A stretch of 33,023 nt of DNA from a virus (IMGVR_UViG_3300003809_000009:1-33023); one strand, 5' to 3'. Numbered from the stretch's first letter, positions 1 through 7,462 are shown. Made by a program: numbers and translations. Notes: generated by a model not told the origin, from the letters alone.

Positions 1-202
1 ATTTCTCTTGTGCCTTATTTGTATTAGGTTTTCTACCATCTTCATATCCATTGTCATAAGCCCTAATTTTTTCTGCTTTCAACGCTTCTATTTCAGCTTG
101 TTGCTGTCGTAGCATGGTGGCAGCTTTACCAACCAAATTTTCCGATGTATAAGATTCTTTTCTTGATTTGTCCAACAAAAAAGCCAATTCAGTAGCGTTC
201 AT
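1..202 (-). CDS. Small hypothetical phage protein (stop codon cut by window edge)
   Basis: Translated manually: MNATELAFLLDKSRKESYTSENLVGKAATMLRQQQAEIEALKAEK...KAQEK. ATG at 202-200 overlaps the TGA of the upstream ORF (ATGA coupling). Confidence 0.75.
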   Translation of the reverse strand, partial: MNATELAFLLDKSRKESYTSENLVGKAATMLRQQQAEIEALKAEKIRAYDNGYEDGRKPNTNKAQEK

Positions 203-453
203 TTCTCACTTGCCTTTCTTAGTATTGCTAACTCAGCTTGCATTTCTGCCAACTTATCGCATGGTACTAATACTGAATTGATAGGTCTTTTATAGGAATG
301 GGTATAAAGTGGTATTGAAGAATCCGCAGTTGAATCTTTATCCCAAGATAACCAGCCTTCATCCATGTGATTGTTAATCCATGCTACTGGTTCATCATCC
401 CAGACTTTAGGTCTGACTATGCTAAATGTGCCATCTTGATTATCTTTAATCAT
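199..453 (-). CDS. Hypothetical protein (EPVAW / IPLYTH motif-type phage accessory protein)
   Basis: ORF track 199..486. Start moved to ATG 453 (MIKDNQDG) because it follows the SD-containing leader CACGAAAGGGAAAAT and a TATTAT -10 box. Confidence 0.7.
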   Translation of the reverse strand: MIKDNQDGTFSIVRPKVWDDEPVAWINNHMDEGWLSWDKDSTADSSIPLYTHSYKRPINSVLVPCDKLAEMQAELAILRKASEK

Positions 454-484
454 ATTTTCCCTTTCGTGGATTCTATAATACATC
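454..484 (-). promoter_or_regulatory. Candidate -10 box (TATTAT, 480-475) plus CACGAAAGG leader/SD (468-460)
   Basis: Minus strand reads TATTAT-AGAATC-CACGAAAGGG-AAAAT-ATG. The same leader motif occurs at 4319 and 6696, and partially at 1957. Confidence 0.5.
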
Positions 485-859
485 AATTCCTTGCTCTACT
501 GCCCATGCCTGGATGTATTCGATCAACTCGATCATTTCAGGTACAGTTAAATCCGATGTCCTGCGAAAAACAATATCAACACCATGTCCATCAATTGCTG
601 GTAACATTTCTACTGGTTCTCCCCTTGCTCGGAGCCAAGCTGCTGTTAGGAGTCTTTTCCATGTCTCTACTTCTTGTTTTTTTCCTACCCATTCTATTTT
701 TTGGGCTATTTCTTGTATAAGCGCATGAAGTTTTGCATTTTGCTCTAAGCTGCGATTCTTAGGCTTAATCGAAACTGCATAGCCATCAGGGGCTTCTAAA
801 ATAGCTTGAATAGCATTTTTTCTGGCAACATGATGTGCCAGAATAAAGTTGCTTCTCAT
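473..859 (-). CDS. ninB: NinB-family recombination protein
   Basis: Motifs RSLEQNAKLHALIQEIA, WKRLLTAAW, RRTSDLTVPEMIELIEYIQAWA. ATG 859 is coupled to the stop of the upstream small ORF. Confidence 0.88.
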   Translation of the reverse strand: MRSNFILAHHVARKNAIQAILEAPDGYAVSIKPKNRSLEQNAKLHALIQEIAQKIEWVGKKQEVETWKRLLTAAWLRARGEPVEMLPAIDGHGVDIVFRRTSDLTVPEMIELIEYIQAWAVEQGIDVL

Positions 860-1005
860 CTGCTGCCCCAAATTTGCTTTTCAAGATGAGCAATGTATTC
901 GCTTTGGTGTTGTATGTGTTGCAATAACTTATCATACATTGACCGCCAATACTGAGCATCTTGTAAGGCTGCGCTAAGTTTCGCTTCTAGTTCTTCTCTA
1001 TCCAT
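856..1005 (-). CDS. Hypothetical 49-aa coiled-coil protein (below ORF-track cutoff)
   Basis: MDREELEAKLSAALQDAQYWRSMYDKLLQHIQHQSEYIAHLEKQIWGSR*. AGGA SD upstream, ATGA overlap with ninB, fills the gap. Confidence 0.7.
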   Translation of the reverse strand: MDREELEAKLSAALQDAQYWRSMYDKLLQHIQHQSEYIAHLEKQIWGSR

Positions 1006-1187
1006 TGTCCTGGTTCTCCGCTATTACCTTTTTGAAATTGATCCTTAAAATCTGCTTCTAAAGTAAGCCATAAATGTATTACTCTTTCGCTTCTAATGAA
1101 CTGCTGAAACTTCAAAAGACCCCATTTCCTACGATAAATCAGCATCTGCCTTACTGCACATTGATGTTTATGCTTCTGTAAGTTCAC
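987..1187 (-). CDS. Hypothetical protein
   Basis: ORF track; GTG start overlapping the HTH gene; fits the tightly packed operon. Confidence 0.6.
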   Translation of the reverse strand: MNLQKHKHQCAVRQMLIYRRKWGLLKFQQFIRSERVIHLWLTLEADFKDQFQKGNSGEPGQWIEKN

Positions 1188-1431
1188 TTACACTAACCCT
1201 TAGAGGGTGATAGTAATAAGCCCAAACACTTTTACGACCTTTGCCAGAATGATTTGCAATTAATCGCCTAGTGACATATCGTTGCTTTCTCAAATGACAC
1301 AAAGCCATTGATACTTCAGGTGCTTTTAAATTGGTTTTTTGTGCCAAAACCGCTAAAGTAAATGGCATATCTTCCGATAAAAAAACTGCCCTGACCTTGA
1401 CCAGAGCATTTGAACTTTTCTTTTCCATCAT
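1168..1431 (-). CDS. Probable winged helix-turn-helix DNA-binding protein
   Basis: FTLAVLAQKTNLKAPEVSMALCHLRKQRYVTR is an HTH-like pattern followed by a basic wing; AGGA SD. Confidence 0.6.
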   Translation of the reverse strand: MMEKKSSNALVKVRAVFLSEDMPFTLAVLAQKTNLKAPEVSMALCHLRKQRYVTRRLIANHSGKGRKSVWAYYYHPLRVSVSELTEA

Positions 1432-1459
1432 GTTGTCCTGTGTAATAGTTCAAAAAATA

Positions 1460-1942
1460 TTAGCACAATTCATCGCCACGCAAATAAACAATTGCTTCCA
1501 TATATTTTTCGTATCTTGCCCAATCAGCCAAAGATGGATTTGCCAATCTACTCATATCGCAGTTATCTCGCAAATCAGCCAATTTAACGATTCTAGCCAA
1601 TGGGTTTTTAGAGCATCGAACAATAAATGAATGGTATGACTCACCAGGTCTACGACTGACAGCATCTAAAACAGCCAAATTTTCAGGGCTAAATCCTTCA
1701 GCCAATAAATCGTCAGAGCTAATATCGCTATCTTCTAAAACATCATGCAATACCGCAGCAATCCTGGCTTCTGGTGGTACAGACAACATTACTCTTAAAG
1801 GATGCAAAATATAAGGCTCACCTGCTTTGTCAACTTGACCAGCATGAGCACTAGCAGCTATGGCAATTGCACGATCTAAGCTGGCAGGGATAAATCCCAC
1901 ATCCAACTCAATTAATCCTGCAAATGGTATCGGTTCAATCAC
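1460..1942 (-). CDS. RelA/SpoT-type HD-domain hydrolase (small alarmone hydrolase / Mesh1-like)
   Basis: AHAGQVDKAGEPYILHPLRV, AAVLHDVLED, KLADLRDN. Start moved to GTG 1942 behind the SD ACGAAAGGTAATAAA. Confidence 0.8.
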   Translation of the reverse strand: MIEPIPFAGLIELDVGFIPASLDRAIAIAASAHAGQVDKAGEPYILHPLRVMLSVPPEARIAAVLHDVLEDSDISSDDLLAEGFSPENLAVLDAVSRRPGESYHSFIVRCSKNPLARIVKLADLRDNCDMSRLANPSLADWARYEKYMEAIVYLRGDELC

Positions 1943-1999
1943 TTTATTACCTTTCGTATCCAACATAAGTATTATAAGCTAAAAACCATTAAACAGCAA
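1943..1999 (-). promoter_or_regulatory. Sigma70-type promoter TTGCTG-N17-TATAAT with ACGAAAGGT leader
   Basis: -35 at 1999-1994, consensus -10 at 1976-1971, 17-bp spacer. Confidence 0.65.
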
Positions 2000-2426
2000 G
2001 ACTTCGATAGATAACTCCATCGCTTTCATATCTTTTTTCTTTGGCTTTTTGATACAGTTCAATGACCTTTTCTGGGTAAACAAGGGCAGGTTTTTCTCGA
2101 TCATCAAAACAAAAAGCATAAACCAAGGGTGCTTTTTTGCTGCTAAACCATTCAATCATCAAAGGAAGAAGATCAAATTCTTGTTTTTTAAGGTTTGCTG
2201 TGCCTTTTACACACACTACAAAAGTTTCATTAGGGGTATTGACCACAAAATCAGGCAAATTTCTTAATAATGGATTGAGATTAAAGAAATTTTCCACATA
2301 TCCAGCCCTCTCATCGAATCCTAGGCGATTTATTTTGTATCCCTTGGCATTGCAATAGGAAATGAACAACTCCTCTCCTAGGTTGGTTTTAATCCTTTCT
2401 AGGTAGGGTTTATCGTTGCCTTTCAT
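1989..2426 (-). CDS. Hypothetical protein, possible PD-(D/E)xK nuclease-like fold
   Basis: GEELF helix, LPDFVV, then VCVKG (Cys where D/E is expected). Confidence 0.5.
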   Translation of the reverse strand: MKGNDKPYLERIKTNLGEELFISYCNAKGYKINRLGFDERAGYVENFFNLNPLLRNLPDFVVNTPNETFVVCVKGTANLKKQEFDLLPLMIEWFSSKKAPLVYAFCFDDREKPALVYPEKVIELYQKAKEKRYESDGVIYRSLAV

Positions 2427-2929
2427 TTGTCAAATCCTACATTTGTTCCTTTGTAGTTAATTTTGTCTAAATAATGGTTTCCTACATCCATTGCTTTAGG
2501 CATAGGCATACCATCTTCATCAATTACAAAAGTGCGCTTATCAAGTTCTGCCATGATGTTTTTGCGAGTTTTGAGCAAGTTTTTAGGAATATGTAGTTCT
2601 TGCAAACCCATGTCAAAAAGACCTTGAGATACTTTTGTATCTGCCAACTCAAAAAAAGTTGTTTTATTGTTTCCTTTAAAAAACCTATCTGGGGATGTAC
2701 ACATATCAAAAAGATCAAGCAATTGACTATTTTGATGGATTCTGGCAGTTACCTGGTCATTTTTATGCGGTTTTAAACCATAATGAAAACGACAGTAAAA
2801 CTTGCTTTCTCCATTTGTTCCAGCAGAAATTGTGCCAAGCAGACCGCATCCATAAGCCCCGCAGGATAAAGGCTGACTTTCTTGGTTTGATTCTTCAGGA
2901 TTTGAAAATTTGACTAATTTGGATTTCAT
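2423..2929 (-). CDS. Hypothetical Cys/His zinc-binding protein downstream of the initiator (possible replication accessory)
   Basis: CGAYGC...YCRFH; ATGA-coupled to the initiator gene. Confidence 0.55.
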   Translation of the reverse strand: MKSKLVKFSNPEESNQESQPLSCGAYGCGLLGTISAGTNGESKFYCRFHYGLKPHKNDQVTARIHQNSQLLDLFDMCTSPDRFFKGNNKTTFFELADTKVSQGLFDMGLQELHIPKNLLKTRKNIMAELDKRTFVIDEDGMPMPKAMDVGNHYLDKINYKGTNVGFDK

Positions 2930-3618
2930 AGGTATTTCCTTTCGATGATTTTTGTAAAGTTGGTTGGTTTAATAACCCATTCCAAATCTGCTAAAAATGG
3001 TCTCCTATCCTTTGAATGTGTTTTCCCAGTTAAAAACTTGGAACTTTTAATAAATTGAAAAAAATCATTCCTAAACCATTCCAGGGCTTCTTCCGAACTT
3101 TTGCATTCAAATTCAGTAAACAATTCTCTCCAGCGTTGCTTTAAATGGGATTCCCTTGTTTTATTCCAAGAAATCACTCTTGGTAACTCTGGCAATGTTT
3201 GATGATAAATATCAATAATGGCTTGGTGGGGGCATGGTGGAATCTTTGAGTCCACGAATATATCTGTCTCTGTCTCTGTCTCTGTCTCTGTCTCTGTCTC
3301 TGTCTCTGTACTATCACTTTGATATCCTTCTGATATCACCTTGATATCATCTTGTTCCAACCAATGACCAAGACAAGATAAAATTCTTGTAACTTCTTGT
3401 TTTTTAAGCCTTAATCTAAAAGATAGAATATCTAATGATGGCAAATATCCATCATATTCACTTGCGATGAGCCATAAATTAATTAAATTTTTAGAAGATA
3501 CTGGATCAAGTTCAAACCAGTCTAAATCATCCAGCAAATCTCGATAAAGTTTTACCCAGGGTGGTCTACGATCCTTGAAATGTTGAAATTTATTCCAATT
3601 CTTAATTTTGTATGTCAT
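2926..3618 (-). CDS. Phage replication initiator (lambda O-like architecture)
   Basis: N-terminal KNWNKFQHFKDRRPPWVKLY domain; low-complexity linker overlapping iteron-like DNA repeats; C-terminal PCPHQAIIDIYH...ADLEWVIKPTNFTKIIERKY domain. Confidence 0.75.
   Translation of the reverse strand: MTYKIKNWNKFQHFKDRRPPWVKLYRDLLDDLDWFELDPVSSKNLINLWLIASEYDGYLPSLDILSFRLRLKKQEVTRILSCLGHWLEQDDIKVISEGYQSDSTETETETETETETETDIFVDSKIPPCPHQAIIDIYHQTLPELPRVISWNKTRESHLKQRWRELFTEFECKSSEEALEWFRNDFFQFIKSSKFLTGKTHSKDRRPFLADLEWVIKPTNFTKIIERKYL
3263..3309. repeat. Hexamer microsatellite (TCTGTC)x7 + TCTGT encoding (TE)7-TD
   Basis: Read directly; in frame within the initiator linker. Confidence 0.95.
3309..3352. 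repeat. Candidate replication-origin iterons (11-bp period)
   Basis: TACTATCACTT / TGATATCCTTC / TGATATCACCT / TGATATCATCT at 3309, 3320, 3331, 3342, inside the initiator gene as in lambdoid ori. Confidence 0.65.
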
Positions 3619-3812
3619 TGGATTGCCTTTCTAATTTCATCTGCTTGTGAAATTAGTTTGTCGGCATTTTTAATGACTGATCGAAATTGACCGATGGTCA
3701 AACAAACTATTTGTTCTTTGGTATTTTCAAGATCACCTGCACATCTAAAACAAATAAATCCTGTTTCATTGGCATAGACCTCAATTTTGTCTTGAGGGGG
3801 AAATTCAAGCAT
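3615..3812 (-). CDS. Hypothetical protein
   Basis: ORF track 3615..3845; start moved to ATG 3812 (MLEFPPQD) behind an AAGGA SD; ATGA-coupled to the initiator. Confidence 0.7.
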   Translation of the reverse strand: MLEFPPQDKIEVYANETGFICFRCAGDLENTKEQIVCLTIGQFRSVIKNADKLISQADEIRKAIQ

Positions 3813-3854
3813 TTTTTCCTTTTTTCCGAAAAAGTTTATTAGCACCAGCTATAG

Positions 3855-3876
3855 CTACCTAAATCCATTTAGGCAG
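3855..3876 (-). promoter_or_regulatory. Intergenic hairpin between rusA and the replication genes
   Basis: Minus strand CTGCCTAAA-TGGA-TTTAGGTAG: 9-bp stem with one G-U pair; no immediate U-tract. Confidence 0.4.
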
Positions 3877-3899
3877 TCTTAAAAGTTTACAGTAAATTT

Positions 3900-4253
3900 T
3901 TAATCTATGACAGATATTTTTATCAGGGTTTTCCCACCCTTTAAAATGCCACCTTCATAGATGTGTATTTCTTTAAATTGACTATCATCATTGGCTAGAC
4001 CAGCCTGGACAAGCGAATCCAGTAAAGATTTGCAGCGATTATCTAAATCTTGAATTCTTTTATCTTTCCAAAATAATGTGATGTCAATAGATAATTTTTG
4101 ATCTTCAAAATTAATTTTTTGCTGGTTCACTATATGAGCCACTTGCTGCTTAAACTCCCTGGCTGGTAATGTTAAAAATCGCCTATGACCAGAGAATCCC
4201 CAATAGCTATTTATAGTGGGTGGAAGCGGTAGTTCCAAAGTAATTTCAGTCAT
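3900..4253 (-). CDS. rusA: RusA-family Holliday junction resolvase
   Basis: LPLPPTINSYW; DLDNRCKSLLDSL...NDDSQ catalytic aspartate pattern. Confidence 0.9.
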   Translation of the reverse strand: MTEITLELPLPPTINSYWGFSGHRRFLTLPAREFKQQVAHIVNQQKINFEDQKLSIDITLFWKDKRIQDLDNRCKSLLDSLVQAGLANDDSQFKEIHIYEGGILKGGKTLIKISVID

Positions 4254-4336
4254 GTGGCATTTTTACACAAAAGTTGTTGCAATTGTAATAGTTGTGTGTA
4301 ATACTTCTTATATCAACTCACGAAAGGTAGATAAAT
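4254..4336. promoter_or_regulatory. Divergent promoter region; rightward TTGCAA-N17-AATACT (TGn-extended) with CTCACGAAAGGT leader; possible leftward promoter giving leaderless rusA mRNA
   Basis: TTGCAA 4277-4282, AATACT 4300-4305. 15-mer TGTAATACTTCTTAT (4297-4311) is identical to 6667-6681. rusA has no SD and an A/T-rich box lies ~6 nt before its ATG. Confidence 0.65.
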
Positions 4337-4636
4337 ATGTACAACAATAATCGGTATTACGAACCAGAAGATGATGATTCAGACAAGATCAATGATCGAG
4401 TTGCTGAACTCATGGAAGATGAATACAGCATAAAAAAGTATTCAAATTTCTCAGAAGGCATTTCAGAAGCCAAAAAAGAAGATCAAGCAATCATTGAGGA
4501 AATGTTATCAAAACCTCATGTGGATATTGATTTTGAGGCTTTGGGTAGGAAATTGTGGTCAATGGCTTATGACTACATGGAGAACTATGCAATTAGTCAT
4601 GCAGAAGAAAATTTATCAAGCGGTTATTTAGATTAA
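4337..4636 (+). CDS. Acidic hypothetical early protein
   Basis: ORF track; clear SD; first gene of the rightward arm. Confidence 0.8.
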   Translation: MYNNNRYYEPEDDDSDKINDRVAELMEDEYSIKKYSNFSEGISEAKKEDQAIIEEMLSKPHVDIDFEALGRKLWSMAYDYMENYAISHAEENLSSGYLD

Positions 4637-4657
4637 TCATCAAGAAAGGTAATAAAC

Positions 4658-5200
4658 ATGAGTACTATTTACAAAAAATTAAATCAAGCTAGAAAAGAAT
4701 TTCATCTTTTAAAGTTAAAAAAATCGGGTCGCAATGATTTTGCCAAGTACAACTATTTTGAACTTGCCGACTTTTTGATTCCAGCTTTAGGAGTATTTGA
4801 AAACAATGGTCTTTGTGGCATTGTTAGTTTTAATGTTGAACAAGCAAAAATGGCTATTGTTGACATTGATTCAGGTGACAAAATAGAAATTGAAAGTCCA
4901 ATGGGATCAGCCAACTTAAAAGGCTGTCATGAGGTGCAAAACATTGGTGCAGTTGAGACTTATCAACGCAGATACCTTTGGATGGCAGCCCTGGAGATTG
5001 TTGAGCATGATGCCATTGATTCCACTACAGGCGCAGAGCCACCCAGTATTGACCCTTATATCAACAAAATTATGTCTGCTTTAAGCGAAGATGCTTTAAA
5101 AAAGGTCTACATTGCTGCGGTCAAAACTTTAGGCGAATTGCCAGAGTTGGTCAAAGCCAAAGATATTCGCAAAGCTGAATTGCTTGGAGCACAATCATGA
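4658..5200 (+). CDS. erf: ERF-family single-strand annealing protein
   Basis: YNYFELADF and the GAVETYQRRY ERF signature; adjacent to exonuclease and SSB. Confidence 0.82.
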   Translation: MSTIYKKLNQARKEFHLLKLKKSGRNDFAKYNYFELADFLIPALGVFENNGLCGIVSFNVEQAKMAIVDIDSGDKIEIESPMGSANLKGCHEVQNIGAVETYQRRYLWMAALEIVEHDAIDSTTGAEPPSIDPYINKIMSALSEDALKKVYIAAVKTLGELPELVKAKDIRKAELLGAQS

Positions 5201-5823
5201 TTATTCAAGATTCTATCCATGTAGAACAGGGTACAGATGAATGGAAAAAGGTTCGCCTGGGGTATGTATCAGCTTCTAACCTAGATGCTGTTATGGCTAA
5301 AGGTAAAGGTGGTGCTGAGTCTGTTACTAGGGAAAAATACAAAACTCGCCTGGCAATTGAAAGACTTACTGGTGAAATTGGTGAGTCTTATTCAAACCCA
5401 AGCATGGAATGGGGTGTGGAGACAGAAGAAAAAGCTGCTATGGCTTATGAGGTTTCATGTGAAACATTATTAGACAAGACAGGTTTTTGGAAACACTCTA
5501 GTATTCCTTGGGTTGGCTGCTCTCCAGATCGGATCGCAACTCCCAATGGCGGTGTGGAAATCAAATGCCCTGATAGTCATACTCATGTTAAATATTGGCG
5601 AAACAAGATTGTGCCTACTGAGTATGTCAAACAAGTACAAGGGCAAATCTGGGTAATGGATTGGGAATGGTGCGATTTTGTATCTTACGATCCAAGAATG
5701 CCTGAAAAGAGTCGCTTATTGATTGTTAAAACCTATAGGGATGAGCAATTAATTAAGTTGATGGAGCAAGAGGTAAAGCAGTTTTTGGAAGAAGTTGAAC
5801 AATTAATCATTGAGTTAGGATAA
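5197..5823 (+). CDS. YqaJ / lambda-exonuclease family protein
   Basis: EQGTDEWKKVRLGYVSAS, MEWGVETE, GCSPD, EIKCP, QVQGQIWV, CDFVSYDPR. Confidence 0.92.
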   Translation: MIIQDSIHVEQGTDEWKKVRLGYVSASNLDAVMAKGKGGAESVTREKYKTRLAIERLTGEIGESYSNPSMEWGVETEEKAAMAYEVSCETLLDKTGFWKHSSIPWVGCSPDRIATPNGGVEIKCPDSHTHVKYWRNKIVPTEYVKQVQGQIWVMDWEWCDFVSYDPRMPEKSRLLIVKTYRDEQLIKLMEQEVKQFLEEVEQLIIELG

Positions 5824-5826
5824 ATC

Positions 5827-6099
5827 ATGAAATCAAATGCAGAAAATATCAATTGGCAAAAAAAAGCAAAAATGCTTGAGCAACACAATGACAGTCTTAG
5901 TGCTTCAATTCAAAGATATGAACAAAAAATTGAAGAATTAAAGCATCACATATCTGTTTTAGATAAATTACAAGAAAGTTTAAGAATAGAAAATAAACAA
6001 ATAGTAGGTCTTAAAAACAAAATTTCTAGCTATAGAAAACTTATTCAATTCATTATTGGTGTTGAAAATGGTGATGTATTAACAAGCGAGGTTAAATAA
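5827..6099 (+). CDS. Hypothetical coiled-coil protein
   Basis: ORF track; heptad-like pattern; SD AGGA. Confidence 0.7.
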   Translation: MKSNAENINWQKKAKMLEQHNDSLSASIQRYEQKIEELKHHISVLDKLQESLRIENKQIVGLKNKISSYRKLIQFIIGVENGDVLTSEVK

Positions 6100-6101
6100 T
6101 C

Positions 6102-6515
6102 ATGGCATCAGTAAATAAAGTAATTATTGTGGGCAATTTAGGAAAAGACCCAGAACAAAGGTCTTTTCCAGATGGCAGCCCAGTAACCAATATTTCAGTT
6201 GCTTGTACAGAGAAATACAAAGATAAGCAGGGTGAGCAGAAAGAAGTAACTGAATGGGTCAATGTAGTCTTTTTTGGAAAGCTGGCTGAAATCGCTGGTG
6301 ACTACCTCAAAAAAGGCAGTTCAGTCTATGTTGAAGGCAAACTTAAGACTGAGAAGTATACCGACAAGAATACTGGTGTCGAGAAGTACTCTACAAAGGT
6401 CATAGGAAGCACAATGCAGATGTTAGGGGGTAAGCCTTCAGAAGATTCAAAACCTTCTCAAAGCCCTCAAAAGGGTGTTAATTTAACCAATTTAGATGAA
6501 GATATTCCTTTTTAA
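6102..6515 (+). CDS. ssb: Single-stranded DNA-binding protein
   Basis: [18 protein letters not shown]...YVEGKLKT and the acidic DEDIPF tail. Confidence 0.97.
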   Translation: MASVNKVIIVGNLGKDPEQRSFPDGSPVTNISVACTEKYKDKQGEQKEVTEWVNVVFFGKLAEIAGDYLKKGSSVYVEGKLKTEKYTDKNTGVEKYSTKVIGSTMQMLGGKPSEDSKPSQSPQKGVNLTNLDEDIPF

Positions 6516-6529
6516 GCTAAAATGATCTT

Positions 6530-6611
6530 GGAGTCCCTATTTCTGGGAGTGGTACACCCAAAAATTACCTTCTGGTGCAATGCCAGACCTTTCGTGAGAG
6601 ATAGGGACTCC
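6530..6611 (+). ncRNA. Candidate ~82-nt three-way-junction small RNA (putative antisense regulator)
   Basis: Closing stem GGAGTCCCTATTTCT / AGAGATAGGGACTCC (15 bp, one G-U); internal hairpins ~6545-6559 and 6571-6587; TAAAAT at 6518-6523 places +1 near G6530; G-U pairs favour the + strand. Confidence 0.6.
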
Positions 6612-6640
6612 ACCCTATGCAAAAAAGCAACAAGTAAAAA

Positions 6641-6712
6641 TAATACTTGTGCCTATAATACATCTATGTAATACTTCTTATGTAGTTTGATTATTCACGA
6701 AAGGAAATCAAA
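6641..6712 (+). promoter_or_regulatory. Promoter TTGTGC-N17-AATACT (TGn-extended) with TCACGAAAGG leader
   Basis: TTGTGC 6647-6652, AATACT 6670-6675; same geometry and shared 15-mer as the 4277-4311 promoter. Confidence 0.65.
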
Positions 6713-6958
6713 ATGAGTCAAGTAAATCAAATGTATGGTTGTGATCCAGATGCTTTTTTATCAAGCGTCAAAGAATCTCTTAGCTATCAATTTTCTGGTG
6801 CTCTTATGTGCGCTGCCAGCATTATGAGTGATGCCCAGGAAGAAATTGCTGTTGGCATGGATGAAAGAGCCAGACAGTCTTTGAATAGAGCAAAGTTAAT
6901 TATTTTTGAAGTAATGGAAGGTAATTTAGTTGGTTCAATTCCAAGGAGTCAATCATGA
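6713..6958 (+). CDS. Hypothetical protein
   Basis: ORF track; own promoter and SD. Confidence 0.8.
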   Translation: MSQVNQMYGCDPDAFLSSVKESLSYQFSGALMCAASIMSDAQEEIAVGMDERARQSLNRAKLIIFEVMEGNLVGSIPRSQS

Positions 6959-7143
6959 AAATAGTGGAAGTTTACTTAGTACCTGAAAAATATAATCCCA
7001 GGGTAAAGGCATCAATCCCTGGTTGTTGGATGGCAGTTCGCAGCGATGGAAATGAATATCCAGTTTGTCCAGACTATGCTGCTTCTAATGCCAATCAAGT
7101 ATTTGCCATGCTTAATAAATCACAGTCAAGATTAGGAGATTAA
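6955..7143 (+). CDS. Hypothetical protein
   Basis: ORF track; AAGGAG SD; ATGA overlap. Confidence 0.75.
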   Translation: MKIVEVYLVPEKYNPRVKASIPGCWMAVRSDGNEYPVCPDYAASNANQVFAMLNKSQSRLGD

Positions 7144-7144
7144 T

Positions 7145-7243
7145 ATGTTTTATGACAGTTGGAATATCCCTTTGTGGGTCGAAGCCCTTGGTGTTTTAGT
7201 TTTTGGCATTATTTTTGGTTGTATGTTTGCTTTATCAATTTAA
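7145..7243 (+). CDS. 32-aa single-pass membrane peptide
   Basis: MFYDSWNIPLWVEALGVLVFGIIFGCMFALSI*; AGGAG SD. Confidence 0.7.
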   Translation: MFYDSWNIPLWVEALGVLVFGIIFGCMFALSI

Positions 7244-7252
7244 AGGAAAATC

Positions 7253-7462
7253 ATGAGAACACCTTATATATGGACAGCATCTGGTACTGACATTGCTTTG
7301 CGCTGGAAAAATCAATATGGTTGGATACCGCCATCTGAACTCCAAGAGTACAAAGATAAATGGAAGTATTATCAAAATTTGCCATTAAGAAATTTGGATG
7401 ACCATGCCAAAGAACTCTATGAGCAAGCATTAAAACAAGCGAAAGTAGCGAGAATTAAATGA
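7253..7462 (+). CDS. Hypothetical protein
   Basis: ORF track; AAAGGA SD. Confidence 0.75.
   Translation: MRTPYIWTASGTDIALRWKNQYGWIPPSELQEYKDKWKYYQNLPLRNLDDHAKELYEQALKQAKVARIK

Noticed and set aside
367-2913. Plus-strand ORFs 367, 513, 1331, 2049, 2137, 2695 and nested 2524 (minus)
   Set aside because: Overlap recognisable minus-strand genes; no SD or motifs.
3263-3352. CRISPR-like array
   Set aside because: Units are 6 and 11 bp with no spacers and lie in frame in a CDS.
6512-6580. 22-codon minus-strand TTG ORF behind the CACGAAAGG copy inside the element
   Set aside because: Weak start, no convincing minus-strand promoter, opposite to all neighbours, and G-U pairs favour a + strand RNA. 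Not fully excluded.
6530-6615. tRNA or intrinsic terminator interpretation of the structured element
   Set aside because: No T-loop, D-loop or anticodon-arm consensus; ends ACCC not NCCA; stem encloses ~50 nt and has no adjacent U-tract on either strand.
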